Assembly (NCBI GenBank): GCA_963695555.1
Contig: CAVOGR010000001.1
Span: forward strand, 544,001-608,000
DNA: 64,000 nucleotides
Reading direction: 5' to 3'
DNA from: an uncultured Gemmatimonadales bacterium
GTDB lineage: Bacteria > Gemmatimonadota > Gemmatimonadetes > Gemmatimonadales > GWC2-71-9
The notes beneath the pieces were generated by a model. It was not told the DNA's origin, made no database searches, and saw only the letters and a list, made by a program, of their open reading frames with translations. Shown here piece by piece: positions 9,752 through 22,455 of this stretch. Every line of letters begins with the position of its first letter. The stretch's first letter is position 1. The translations under genes were made by a program, and so were the position numbers.

Positions 9752-11446
9752 TCAGTCCGCAACCTGAAACACGGTACTCCCGCCGACGACGGTCCGCAGG
9801 ACTCCGGTCTGGTATATCTGGTCTACCGGAACCTCCATGATGTTCCTGTCCAGTACCACGAAGTCCGCAAACTTGCCTGGTGTGAGTGAGCCGGTGTCCT
9901 TCTCCATGAAGGCGGCCATCGCCGGCCAGAGCGTCACGCTGTACAGCGCCTCTTCACGCGACGTGCGCTGAGCCGCGAACCAGCCGCCGGGCGGCCAGCC
10001 ATCTCGATCTTGCCTCGACACAAATGCCGCGAACGAGATGAGGGGATTGACGAATTCCACCGGGAAGTCAGATCCGTTTGGAATGATCACTCCACTGTCG
10101 AGCAGGCTGCGCCAGGCATAGGCGCCGATCGCACGGGCATAGCCCAGGCGGTCGACGGCCCAGTACATATCGCTCGTTTGATGGCTTCCCTGCATGGCGG
10201 GGATGACGCCAAGGCGGGCAAATCGGGGGATGTCCTCGGGACTCAGGATTTGGGCGTGCTCGATGCGAAACCGGTGGTCGGCGGTGGGGTGCTCACGGAG
10301 CGCGTCTTCGAAGGCATCCAGGACGGCCCGGTTGGCACCGTCACCGATGGCATGGACATTCAACTGAAATCCGTGAGCCAGGGCGAGGGTGGCGACACGC
10401 TGCAGGCTGTCACGCGAGGCGAGCAGCAGGCCACGCGTGGCCGGCTCGTCGGTGTACGGCGCGAGCAGGAACGCCCCCCGGCTGCCCAACGCCCCGTCCG
10501 CCGAGACTTTGATCGAGCGTATCCAGAGCCGATCGTACAGGCCGAGCTGGGGCCCCTGGCGCAGTAGGCGAGTGAGCGCGGAGTCGGCCGCGCTGAGCAT
10601 GACGTAGTTGCGGAGCGAATACCGGCCTGCTTTGGCCAACGACCGATACACCGCAATGGTATCCGCTCCCACGCCCGCGTCATGGATGCCGGTCAGGCCG
10701 TTCTGGTTGGCCGTGCGAATCGCGAGAAGGATGCGTTCCTCCAGCTCCCGCGGCGTTGGGGGAGGGATCACCCGCCGCACCAGCTCCATCGCATTGTCCT
10801 CGAGCAGCACGCCGGTCGGGGTGCCATCGGGGTTTCGGAAGATGCTCCCCCCTCGGGGATCGGGTGTATCCCGGGTGATGCCGGCACGCTGGAGCGCCGC
10901 GGCGTTCGCCAGCGCCGCATGACCGTCGATGCGACGAAGGTAGACTGGGTGATCCGGGACGGCTTGGGACAAGGGCTCGAGCGTCGGCATGGCCGTGACG
11001 TTCCAGTCGTTCTGGTCCCATCCGCGGCCTTCGATCCACCTGCCGGGAGGCAGGTCCCGGGCACGCTCGACGACCCGGGCGATCACTTCGTCATACGATC
11101 GCGTGCCCACCAGGTCCACCGTCCGGAGAGCGGTTCCCAGGCTGACCAGATGGGCATGGGCATCGACCATCCCGGGGATGACCGTGGCCCCGCCCAAGTC
11201 CCACACGTCGGTCCCTGGCCCCACGAGAGCCTCGGCCTCGAGCCGGCTCCCCACAAAGGCCAGGCGCCCCTGGGCGACGGCCAGCGCCTCGGCGCGCGGC
11301 CTGCCGGGGTCGGCGGTATATATCCTGGCGTTGAGCACCACGAGGTCGGCTGTATGGGCGCGGTCCTGCGCCGCGAGCTGGCCCCCAGTGAGCCCGGCCA
11401 AGGCGAGCAGCATCGCGGGGATGGAACGGCCGCCGCGCCGTGCCAT
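9752..11446 (-). CDS. Secreted amidohydrolase (YtcJ/amidohydrolase-3 family)
   Basis: PGMVDAHAH, DGH, ADGALGSRGA, HAIGD, RIEHAQ, GSDFPV, GKFADFVVL. Confidence 0.9.
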   Translation of the reverse strand: MARRGGRSIPAMLLALAGLTGGQLAAQDRAHTADLVVLNARIYTADPGRPRAEALAVAQGRLAFVGSRLEAEALVGPGTDVWDLGGATVIPGMVDAHAHLVSLGTALRTVDLVGTRSYDEVIARVVERARDLPPGRWIEGRGWDQNDWNVTAMPTLEPLSQAVPDHPVYLRRIDGHAALANAAALQRAGITRDTPDPRGGSIFRNPDGTPTGVLLEDNAMELVRRVIPPPTPRELEERILLAIRTANQNGLTGIHDAGVGADTIAVYRSLAKAGRYSLRNYVMLSAADSALTRLLRQGPQLGLYDRLWIRSIKVSADGALGSRGAFLLAPYTDEPATRGLLLASRDSLQRVATLALAHGFQLNVHAIGDGANRAVLDAFEDALREHPTADHRFRIEHAQILSPEDIPRFARLGVIPAMQGSHQTSDMYWAVDRLGYARAIGAYAWRSLLDSGVIIPNGSDFPVEFVNPLISFAAFVSRQDRDGWPPGGWFAAQRTSREEALYSVTLWPAMAAFMEKDTGSLTPGKFADFVVLDRNIMEVPVDQIYQTGVLRTVVGGSTVFQVAD

Positions 11447-11507
11447 TCCAACCATTGGAGTGCTTTTGCCATCTAACTGCTCGAATACCAACTGAGGAGT
11501 CCGTGTC

Positions 11508-12575
11508 ATGTCGAGTATCCGTCAATGTCTCGGTGTGGTTGTCCTCGGCGCGCTGGGCGCCCATTTCACCCTCGAGGCTCAAGCGCCTGAACGTCACCTC
11601 GTTTCAGGTGAGGCGGTCGCAATCTACAATCTGGTGGGCCGCGTGACGGTTACCGGCGGCGGGGGATCGGACGTCGCCATCGAGGTGAGTCGTCGCGGTT
11701 CCGACGCAGGCCGACTCGCGGTCGAAACCGGCGCCATCGAACGTGATGGCGGCCGGTGGCAGTCGTTGCGTGTCGTCTATCCATCCGACCGAATCGTCGC
11801 CCCGAGCCTGGGAACCCGGTCGCGAACCTCTCTGAAGGTACGGCGAGACGGCACCTTTGGCGATGGCGGTCGGGACCGAGGAAACGAGGTCGTGATCGCC
11901 GGATCCGGCAGCGGTATGAACGCCGCCGCGGATCTCGCGGTCGCCATCCCTCCGGGGAAGCGCGTGGGGCTCTACCTGGCCGTGGGCGAAGTGACGGTGA
12001 CCAATGTGAAGGGCGATCTTCGGATCGATGTCGCGAGCGCGCCGGTTACCGTGTCCGGCGTGACCGGGAGCCTTACCGTCGATGCCGGCTCCGGCGCGGT
12101 CGATGTCCGCACCATCGAAGGTGAGCTGTCGGTGGATACGGGATCGGGCGAAGTCGTCGCGCTCGGGGTTCGCGGGCCCCGCCTGGTTGTCGAGACCGGG
12201 TCGGGAGGATTTCAGGGGTCCGGAATCACCACCCAATCGGTGAATGTGGAATCGGGGTCGGGCGATGTTTCGCTGTCGGACGTGGGGGCGGCGAGCGTCT
12301 CTATCGAAGCCGGGAGCGGTGAGGTGACCCTCGCGATGACGCAGGCACCCGATAATCTGACTATTGAAACCGGATCGGGGGATGTGGAGATTCGCGTACC
12401 CGGAGACCTAAGCGCGCAAGTCGATTTCGAAACAGGCAGCGGAGACATCGAGACGGATTTCCCCGTCACGATTCGCAAGTACAGTCGGGACAGCGTCCGT
12501 GGCCAGATTGGCGATGGGAAGGGTCGGATTCAGGTCGAGACGGGCTCAGGCGATATCCGGCTCCTCAGGAGCTGA
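11508..12575 (+). CDS. DUF4097-like beta-strand repeat (adhesin-like) protein
   Basis: Signal peptide; repeated (T/S/A)GSG(D/E)(V/I) units. Confidence 0.8.
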   Translation: MSSIRQCLGVVVLGALGAHFTLEAQAPERHLVSGEAVAIYNLVGRVTVTGGGGSDVAIEVSRRGSDAGRLAVETGAIERDGGRWQSLRVVYPSDRIVAPSLGTRSRTSLKVRRDGTFGDGGRDRGNEVVIAGSGSGMNAAADLAVAIPPGKRVGLYLAVGEVTVTNVKGDLRIDVASAPVTVSGVTGSLTVDAGSGAVDVRTIEGELSVDTGSGEVVALGVRGPRLVVETGSGGFQGSGITTQSVNVESGSGDVSLSDVGAASVSIEAGSGEVTLAMTQAPDNLTIETGSGDVEIRVPGDLSAQVDFETGSGDIETDFPVTIRKYSRDSVRGQIGDGKGRIQVETGSGDIRLLRS

Positions 12576-13136
12576 CGCCTCCCACGATCGGGCGGCCTCG
12601 GTGTAACTCGCGCCCTGGACCATCCGATTGTAGACGACGGCGAGACTGTCCGGCGAGCCCACGAGGAATCGGCACCGGTCGTCTCCGCGGGATCGGCACT
12701 CGACTTCCATGACGGCAACGGGTTCGCCGGACATCCGGCCGAGAAAGTCGGACAGCAATCCGCTGGTGAGATGACAGGACGGGTATTGACCGCCGCCTTC
12801 CGGCGCGGCTTCCGCCCAGTCGTCGGAATCGAGCGCCAACACTGCGGCGGAGAGCGGCGTGGACCGCAACGACCCCCAGCCGAACTCGCCGAAATGAGCG
12901 GAGAGCGCTTCGCTCAGGAACGCCAAGTCCAGGTCGGCCGGTGAATCAACCTGGTACACATCGCGCACCCGGCTGACGAACGCATTGTAGAGGTCCTCGC
13001 CGGAGGCAAACCCCGCCTCCTGCAGGTAGGCCGCGGTCTGCAGCCCGTTGTCTCGCTCCAGGCTGGAGCGTAGCACATGGAAGGCTCGACTGCTCAGGCC
13101 GACGCAATGGTGCCGAGGCAAGAGAGATGCGTTCAT
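12546..13136 (-). CDS. Stand-alone V4R (4-vinyl reductase) domain protein
   Basis: GWG; CHLTSG...EVECRSRGDDRCRF Zn-ligand pattern. Confidence 0.8.
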   Translation of the reverse strand: MNASLLPRHHCVGLSSRAFHVLRSSLERDNGLQTAAYLQEAGFASGEDLYNAFVSRVRDVYQVDSPADLDLAFLSEALSAHFGEFGWGSLRSTPLSAAVLALDSDDWAEAAPEGGGQYPSCHLTSGLLSDFLGRMSGEPVAVMEVECRSRGDDRCRFLVGSPDSLAVVYNRMVQGASYTEAARSWEASAPEEPDIA

Positions 13137-13166
13137 GGGTGTCTTTCGGGCTCAGGTTGCCGTAAG

Positions 13167-15973
<2,807 letters not shown>

Positions 15974-16145
15974 GTGATGGAGTCCGGGACAGGGGTCATG
16001 GGATGCCTAGAATGTCGCGAGAGACCCCGAAGGGGTCAAGCGCGTTTCGTTTGGATCGGGAAGCCGCTAGCTTCCAGGAGGCGCGGTGGTGCCACCTGGT
16101 ACACACCCGGCAATTGGCGATTCACCTGGGCATTTGGAGGGGGTA

Positions 16146-16517
16146 ATGTCACGCAAACGCGATGGGTCCTACCCGGACGACGAGGAGTTCGAGGACGAAG
16201 CGGAGTTCGTCGAAGAAGAGACCTATCCTCGGGTCGCGGCCGGTTTCGCCGCCGGGATTGTGCTTGGCGCGCTGGTCGGGGCGACGGTCGCGGTGTTGTT
16301 CGCGCCCGACAAGGGCTCGCGCACACGGCGCCGGATCGGGCGCGGCGTCAGGGACCTCAGGGAACGGGCCGAGGACAAGATCGACCATGTGCGCGAAGAT
16401 GCCGGGCGAGAGCTGGGGCGCCAGCGGCGGAAGATCCGCGGGGCGGTGTCCCGCACCAGTGGCCGGGCGCGGGACATCATCGACGACGTCATGGAGGCCA
16501 GCCCCCTGTCGCGTTAG
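16146..16517 (+). CDS. YtxH domain protein
   Basis: F.AGIVLGALVGA..AVLFAPDKGSRTRRRI; GGAGG RBS. Confidence 0.85.
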   Translation: MSRKRDGSYPDDEEFEDEAEFVEEETYPRVAAGFAAGIVLGALVGATVAVLFAPDKGSRTRRRIGRGVRDLRERAEDKIDHVREDAGRELGRQRRKIRGAVSRTSGRARDIIDDVMEASPLSR

Positions 16518-17299
16518 CGCCGCTCGGGGGAATTGATGCCAGCGAGGAGTGCGGTAGCGTCTGCCCGGTAGCTCGGATCCATGTAATCGGTGGTGGGCAG
16601 TGTGGGAATGATCTCCAACTGCGCGGTGGCTTCGGCGTAGCGGCTGCGCTCCACCAAGAGCTCCGCCAGCTTCAGGCGATGGTAGATGTAGGTTGGGTTG
16701 AACTTGACGGCCTGCTCGAGATTCTCCACTGCGCCGTCCCACGACGCCAGGCTGAAAAATTTGGCGCCGAACACGTTCTTGGCCCAAAACCGCTCGAACC
16801 CCGACAGGCGCATGATCTCCCAGTGCCAGCGGCCCAGGACGTGGTAGGCGCCGTCATGCTCGGGGTCGAGTTCGAGGGCCTTGAGTGCCTCGACGCGAAT
16901 GGTTCTGGCCAACATGACCCGCTCCCTGACGTCCTTGGTGAGTGACGTTCGCCCAATCGCCAAGGCCAGCACATAATGGCCTTGCGGGTCCAGGTTCTCG
17001 AGTTCAACTGCTCGCCGGGCCAATCGTTCGGCTTCAAAATACAGCGAATCGCGCCACCGGCTCTTCTCCTCGTCCGGGATGCGCTTGCCGATGTTGAGGA
17101 GGGCAAATGCTGCGCGCCAGGTCGCCTGGTAACTGAGGGAATCCAGCGCGAGGGCCGCCTGGTAGTGCCGGAGCGCCGCTTCGGGATCCATCCCTTCCGG
17201 AGCGGCGATCCCGAGCGCGATGTGCTCGGTGGCAGTCAGTGGCGGGCTCTGGGCCTGAACGGGCGTCCACAGGAGCAGAGCCACTGCTAGGTTTGTCAT
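16514..17299 (-). CDS. Secreted TPR-like protein
   Basis: Signal peptide; ALELDP..DGAYHVLGRW helical repeats. Confidence 0.7.
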   Translation of the reverse strand: MTNLAVALLLWTPVQAQSPPLTATEHIALGIAAPEGMDPEAALRHYQAALALDSLSYQATWRAAFALLNIGKRIPDEEKSRWRDSLYFEAERLARRAVELENLDPQGHYVLALAIGRTSLTKDVRERVMLARTIRVEALKALELDPEHDGAYHVLGRWHWEIMRLSGFERFWAKNVFGAKFFSLASWDGAVENLEQAVKFNPTYIYHRLKLAELLVERSRYAEATAQLEIIPTLPTTDYMDPSYRADATALLAGINSPERR

Positions 17300-17364
17300 C
17301 AGATGGCAAGTGCCGTTCACGTTCATTTATCAATACTAATCGAGCACGCGAGGGAACCACGAGG

Positions 17365-18702
17365 GTGCAGGTACCCACACTCATTGAACGGAAGCGAAAC
17401 GGCGAGGCCCTTTCGGCGGACGAGTGGGCGGAACTCATCACGGCCTATACTGGCGGTCGGATTCCCGATTATCAAATGGCCGCTTTCCTCATGGCGGTGT
17501 GGTTTCGTGGATTGACCGACAGCGAGCTGCTGACGCTCACCGCCCTGATGCGCGACTCGGGAGACCGACTCCACTTCCGGGATCTTGGCCTTTCCGTGGT
17601 CGACAAGCACTCCACCGGCGGCGTTGGCGACAAGACGTCACTCATCCTCGCGCCGATGGTAGCATCGTGCGGGGTTGCTGTTCCCATGATTTCCGGGCGC
17701 GGCCTCGGGCACACCGGAGGCACCGTCGACAAGCTGGAGTCCATCCCCGGCTTCCGCACCGATCTGTCGCTCCGCCAAGCCGAGGCACAGGTCCGTCGCC
17801 TCGGATGTGCCATGATCGGCCAAACCGGCGAGATCGCACCGGCCGACAAGAAGATCTACGGATTGCGCGACGTAACGGCGACGATCGATTCGATCCCGCT
17901 GATTGCCGCGAGTATCATGTCGAAGAAGCTGGCCGAGGGCCTGACCGGCCTCGTACTCGATGTAAAGACCGGGGCAGGGGCCTTCATGCCCGATCTACCG
18001 AGATCCACCGAGCTGGCGCAGACCATGATCGCGATCGGTCAGGCGCACCAGTGCCCCACCATCGCCCTCCTCACGACCATGGATCATCCACTGGGCATGG
18101 CGGCCGGCAACGCCCTCGAAGTGAAGGAATGCATCGAGGCCATGCGGGGTGAGGGCCCGCCCGATCTCATGGAGGTGACCTACGCTTTGGGGGTCGCCAT
18201 GCTCCAGGTCGGCGGCGTGGAGCGAGATGCCGCCGCGGCGCGCTCGCGTCTCGAAGCTGCCATCGATTCGGGACGAGCCGCGGCCCTCTTTGCCGAGATC
18301 ATTGCGGCACAAGGCGGCAACCCGGCGGTCGTCGATGATCCCTCGTTGCTGCCCCACGCGGCGGTCCAGGGGGTATTCGAAGCCCCCGAAGACGGTGTGG
18401 TGCGCCGGATCGAGCCCCGCCCCATTGGTCGCGGCATCGCTTCGCTCGGAGGCGGCCGGTTCGCGATGGATGACGTGCTCGACCACGGCGTCGGGTTTGT
18501 GATCACGGTCAAGCCGGGCGATCGAGTCGAGCGAGGCCAACCCATCGCTACGATTCACGCCAAGCATGACACCGACCTCAAGGTCGGCCGCGCAATCCTT
18601 CGCTCCGCCATCTCGTTTGGCGAAACGGCAAGCGCAATTCCACTCATCTCCCACCGGATCACGGCAGAAGGCGTCGAGTCCTGGCCCGGGTCTCCGGCAT
18701 GA
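17365..18702 (+). CDS. pdp: Thymidine/pyrimidine-nucleoside phosphorylase
   Basis: DKHSTGGVGDK, SGRGLGHTGGT.DKLESIPG, RDVT, SIMSKK, DVKTG.GAFM. Confidence 0.95.
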   Translation: MQVPTLIERKRNGEALSADEWAELITAYTGGRIPDYQMAAFLMAVWFRGLTDSELLTLTALMRDSGDRLHFRDLGLSVVDKHSTGGVGDKTSLILAPMVASCGVAVPMISGRGLGHTGGTVDKLESIPGFRTDLSLRQAEAQVRRLGCAMIGQTGEIAPADKKIYGLRDVTATIDSIPLIAASIMSKKLAEGLTGLVLDVKTGAGAFMPDLPRSTELAQTMIAIGQAHQCPTIALLTTMDHPLGMAAGNALEVKECIEAMRGEGPPDLMEVTYALGVAMLQVGGVERDAAAARSRLEAAIDSGRAAALFAEIIAAQGGNPAVVDDPSLLPHAAVQGVFEAPEDGVVRRIEPRPIGRGIASLGGGRFAMDDVLDHGVGFVITVKPGDRVERGQPIATIHAKHDTDLKVGRAILRSAISFGETASAIPLISHRITAEGVESWPGSPA

Positions 18703-18932
18703 GCCTCGGCGCCATCCTCGGCCTCATCGGATTCGTGGGGCTCCTCCTCTGGCTGGTCCGCCGCGGCGAAGAACCGGGCACGAGTAGAGCCCGTCGAGCG
18801 CACCGATCGCAGGATGTCGATCGGGAAGTCCTCGAAGCGGCCGAGCAGGAAGTCCGGGACCTGGGCCGCGATGTGAGCCCGGAAGATGGTTTCGTGGGCG
18901 ATGATTGGGGTCCCGGAGCGCCCAGGCCCTGA
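18699..18932 (+). CDS. Small single-pass membrane protein
   Basis: ATGA coupling to the upstream gene; N-terminal TM helix and acidic tail. Confidence 0.6.
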   Translation: MSLGAILGLIGFVGLLLWLVRRGEEPGTSRARRAHRSQDVDREVLEAAEQEVRDLGRDVSPEDGFVGDDWGPGAPRP

Positions 18933-18975
18933 TGATCAGCCTTAACAGCACCGCCATGGGTCACTAACTTCCAGC

Positions 18976-21900
18976 GTGCCTGACTCCTCGCCTTCGGCCC
19001 TGCTCGAGCGCCTCACCGCCGCCCTGCGTGAGGACTACGAGATCATCCGCCCCCTGGGGCGGGGGGGGATGGCCAGCGTGTTCCTGGCCCGCGAACGATC
19101 CCTCAATCGCCACGTCGCCTTGAAGGTGCTCGACCCCATGCTGGGTGAAGGCCCGTTGTTCCGGGCTCGCTTCCAGCGCGAGGCCGAAACCGTTGCCCAG
19201 CTTCAGCATCCGAACATCGTCCAGATCTTTCGCGTGGGCGAAGCGGACGGGCTCGCGTTCTACTCCATGGCCTTCGTTGAAGGGGAGAACCTGGCGGAAC
19301 GGCTCAAACGGGAAGGCCGCCTGCCGTCAGGCGAGGCCGTGCGGATTTGCAGCGAGATCCTCGCCGCGCTGAGTGCGGCGCACAGGCGCGGCATCATCCA
19401 CCGCGACATCAAGCCAGAAAATGTGCTCATCGAGCGGGAGTCCGGACGCGCATTGGTGACTGACTTCGGCATTGCCCGCATTGTGGCCCCAGGAGACACC
19501 CCGCCCGGCGAGGCGGCGGATCAGGAAAAGCTCACCGCCGTAGGCGTGGCCATGGGAACGCCGCGTTACATGAGTCCCGAGCAGGCCTCGGGGGAGCACG
19601 ACCTGACCGCGGCGTCCGACATCTACGCCCTCGGCATTCTGTTCTACGAAATGTTGAGCGGGGCCTATCCGTACGAAGTCGGCCCGACCCGCAACTACAT
19701 GATCGCGCATTTGACACACGAGGTGACCCCGCTCAGCGAGCGCATCGATGATGCGCCCGAGGTGATTCAGAGCGTCGTGGAGCAAATGCTGGCTCGGAAT
19801 CCGGAGGATCGGTTTGCCTCCGCAGACGAGGTGACCGACAGGTTGGCGGCGACGGGGCTTGCCGCAACCGGGCCGATTCGGGTTCCAGCCCGGCGCTCGG
19901 CGAGCCAATGGCGGCGATATGCTCTCGGTGCCCTCGGCGGCGTCGCGGTCATTGCACTGGGTGGTGTGTTGTTGATGGGGCGGGGTGGCGGAGTGCCCGA
20001 CGGGGTTGATCCGCGCCAGTCGATCCTGATCGGCTTCTTCGATAACACGAGGCAAGACCCGGACCTCGAGTGGCTCCGGTTCGGGGGGGTCGAGCTGTTG
20101 GCGCGGTCGCTGGGGCGCTGGCAAGACCTGCAGGTGGTGGAGTCGGAGCGACTGCTCGATTTGGCGCGCCGAGAGGAGGTGGCGGAAGACCAGCCACTCT
20201 CGAGCGGCGATGCGATCAAGCTGGCCAAGTCCGCCGGCGTGTGGACCGCGACGGTCGGGTCGGTCATCAAGCTCGGCGACGAGATTCAACTGACGGCCAA
20301 CGTGTACGACGTGGCGACGGGGAATCGGCTCTCGACCGCGTCGGCTACGGCCGGCTCCGATACGGCGCTGGCCATGGCCTTCGACAGCCTGGCCAATCAG
20401 TTGCTCGATGTTGCCGGTGCTCCACGGTCGGCACGGCTCGACGTCGAGCCGCCTACCAAGTCCATTGATGCCTATCGGGCATACATCCGGGGTATCGAGG
20501 CCACCAGCCGCTGGAACATTACCGGCGCCAGGGACGAATTCCGGCGGGCGGTCGATCTCGATTCGTCCTTTGCCCTGGCCTACTACCAGCTGAGCTCGGT
20601 TACCGGTTTCTTCGAGCAGACATCTCCGGCACCCACGTTTATCGCACTGGCCGATAGCGCGCTCCGGCATTCCACCCAGCGCCCGCCGAAAGAGCGTCTT
20701 TTGATCCAGGCGTTCCACGCCTACGTCAACGCGGATTTCGAGCAAGCCAAGTCGCTCTACCGCGAGCTGCTGGCGCAGGATTCGACCGTGGTGGACGCGT
20801 GGACCGGCTTCGCCTCGGCTTCGCTCATGGACTTGACCCTGAGGACCGATTCCACCGGCAAAGAATACTACCCGTCGTCCCCCGGCGTCGCCCTCAAGGG
20901 CTTCCGCCGAGCGCTCGAACTGGACGCAAGCGACTACGGCGTGTATCCGGCCGTCTCGAACTTGCTGTTGCTCGCGTCGCAGGAAGAATCGCCGGGACTC
21001 CCGGCGTTCAGCGAGCCACCGCCGGGTGCAATCAACACGATCGGCCGGCAAGGTCGGCCGGTGCGGTATTACACGGTGCTCTACGTTGGTGATTCGCTGA
21101 TCACGGTTCGGGACGACTCGTTGGAGATCCGATACTCAGCCGAGGTTCTGGACTCGCTTCGCGCCCGGGCCCGCGTCATTTCTCGGGACCATCTGCGTCG
21201 GTGGATCAGCCTCGCTCCGGATCAGGGGCAGCCTCACTTCTTCCTGGCGAACAACTTGGCGGTGGACCGGCAATTCGATAGCGCTTTGATATCGTTGGCC
21301 GAGGCGAAGCGGCTGGGGGCACAGTGGACGGTGCCCATTGAACTCGTTCAGCTGAGCTGGGCGCTCGAGGGGCAGTTGTTCGATCAGGCGATGGCCCACG
21401 GCGATTCGCTGCTGGCCCAGCCCCAGTGGTCAGGAGATCTGCCACCGGAGCGGGCCGTCATCACGGGACCGATCATGGGTTATCGGCTGCTTCGGGGGCA
21501 GGTGGCCGAGGCGGGCCGCGTGGCCGATCAACGATACCAAGCTGCGAGGCAGTTCGGCGCGGACTCTGAACGCCTCGCCCGGCTCGATCTCGCGGGGCTA
21601 TCGACCCGGTTGCGGGCCGCGGCCTCGATCGATGCCGTGTCCCGACAGCTTCTCACCCGGACACTCGACTCAGTGGCCGGGTTGATCCGGATATTCCCCG
21701 ATTCGGAGCAGGTGAGGATTCGGCAGGGCCTCCGCTGGCCCGTGCTGTTGGGTGCCGCGACCCTGGGCGACACGGCGCAGGTGAGGATTTGGCGCGAGCT
21801 GGCAGAGGACGGCCGCGATACCGGCATCGATGCGTGGGCGGCCATGGTGGCGGGTGACCGGGATCTCGCGGAGCGGCGTTTCATGGCTGCCAAACCTGAC

Positions 21901-22254
21901 ACCTCCGAGGCGCCGGTCCACGTGGCCGCCATGGCCCGAACAGCCGAAGCCTTGGGCCGGCCCGAGGAGGCCATACAGTACTACACCGTTATGGATACCC
22001 TCAGATACACGGCGGCGGTCCAGGCGGGACCGGACGCCGACTGGCTGCTGTTAGTGCGTTCCTACGCCCAGCGCGCCGCGGTGTACGAGTCCCTGGGCCA
22101 GCGGGCGCGGGCAATGGAGTACTACCGCAAGTTTCTCGAACTCTGGGACGAACCGGACCCCGCCCTCCAACCGGAGCGGGATTTGGCCCGGCGGGCGTTG
22201 GCGGAATTGGAGCGGGCCGATCGGGCGGATGCTCCGGCCGATGCGGCGCCCTGA
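18976..22254 (+). CDS. Hanks-type Ser/Thr protein kinase with TM helix and extracytoplasmic TPR region
   Basis: GRGGMASV, VALK, HRDIKPEN, DFGIA, GTPRYMSPEQ; TM ~aa 315-335; C-terminal TPRs. Confidence 0.93.
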   Translation: MPDSSPSALLERLTAALREDYEIIRPLGRGGMASVFLARERSLNRHVALKVLDPMLGEGPLFRARFQREAETVAQLQHPNIVQIFRVGEADGLAFYSMAFVEGENLAERLKREGRLPSGEAVRICSEILAALSAAHRRGIIHRDIKPENVLIERESGRALVTDFGIARIVAPGDTPPGEAADQEKLTAVGVAMGTPRYMSPEQASGEHDLTAASDIYALGILFYEMLSGAYPYEVGPTRNYMIAHLTHEVTPLSERIDDAPEVIQSVVEQMLARNPEDRFASADEVTDRLAATGLAATGPIRVPARRSASQWRRYALGALGGVAVIALGGVLLMGRGGGVPDGVDPRQSILIGFFDNTRQDPDLEWLRFGGVELLARSLGRWQDLQVVESERLLDLARREEVAEDQPLSSGDAIKLAKSAGVWTATVGSVIKLGDEIQLTANVYDVATGNRLSTASATAGSDTALAMAFDSLANQLLDVAGAPRSARLDVEPPTKSIDAYRAYIRGIEATSRWNITGARDEFRRAVDLDSSFALAYYQLSSVTGFFEQTSPAPTFIALADSALRHSTQRPPKERLLIQAFHAYVNADFEQAKSLYRELLAQDSTVVDAWTGFASASLMDLTLRTDSTGKEYYPSSPGVALKGFRRALELDASDYGVYPAVSNLLLLASQEESPGLPAFSEPPPGAINTIGRQGRPVRYYTVLYVGDSLITVRDDSLEIRYSAEVLDSLRARARVISRDHLRRWISLAPDQGQPHFFLANNLAVDRQFDSALISLAEAKRLGAQWTVPIELVQLSWALEGQLFDQAMAHGDSLLAQPQWSGDLPPERAVITGPIMGYRLLRGQVAEAGRVADQRYQAARQFGADSERLARLDLAGLSTRLRAAASIDAVSRQLLTRTLDSVAGLIRIFPDSEQVRIRQGLRWPVLLGAATLGDTAQVRIWRELAEDGRDTGIDAWAAMVAGDRDLAERRFMAAKPDTSEAPVHVAAMARTAEALGRPEEAIQYYTVMDTLRYTAAVQAGPDADWLLLVRSYAQRAAVYESLGQRARAMEYYRKFLELWDEPDPALQPERDLARRALAELERADRADAPADAAP

Positions 22255-22455
22255 GGCTTCACAAGGAATTCGGGGTTCGTTCACAAGCGGAGGGCTAAGA
22301 TGAGTCATCCGTGAGGCTTGGGCCCCAATGGCCTTGGGTCTTGCGCTCGACCCATTTTGAGCCATAGTGTCATGGTCCAAGCCCACGAGCGAGCGCTAGC
22401 CGGCCGGCCAATTGGGTCCAGCCCGCTGCAGGAAGTGTCCTAAAGTGGTGAGATT

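Noticed and set aside
22329..22344. Possible sigma54 promoter TGGCCTTGGGTCTTGC
   Set aside because: GG-to-GC spacing is 11 nt; sigma54 requires 10.
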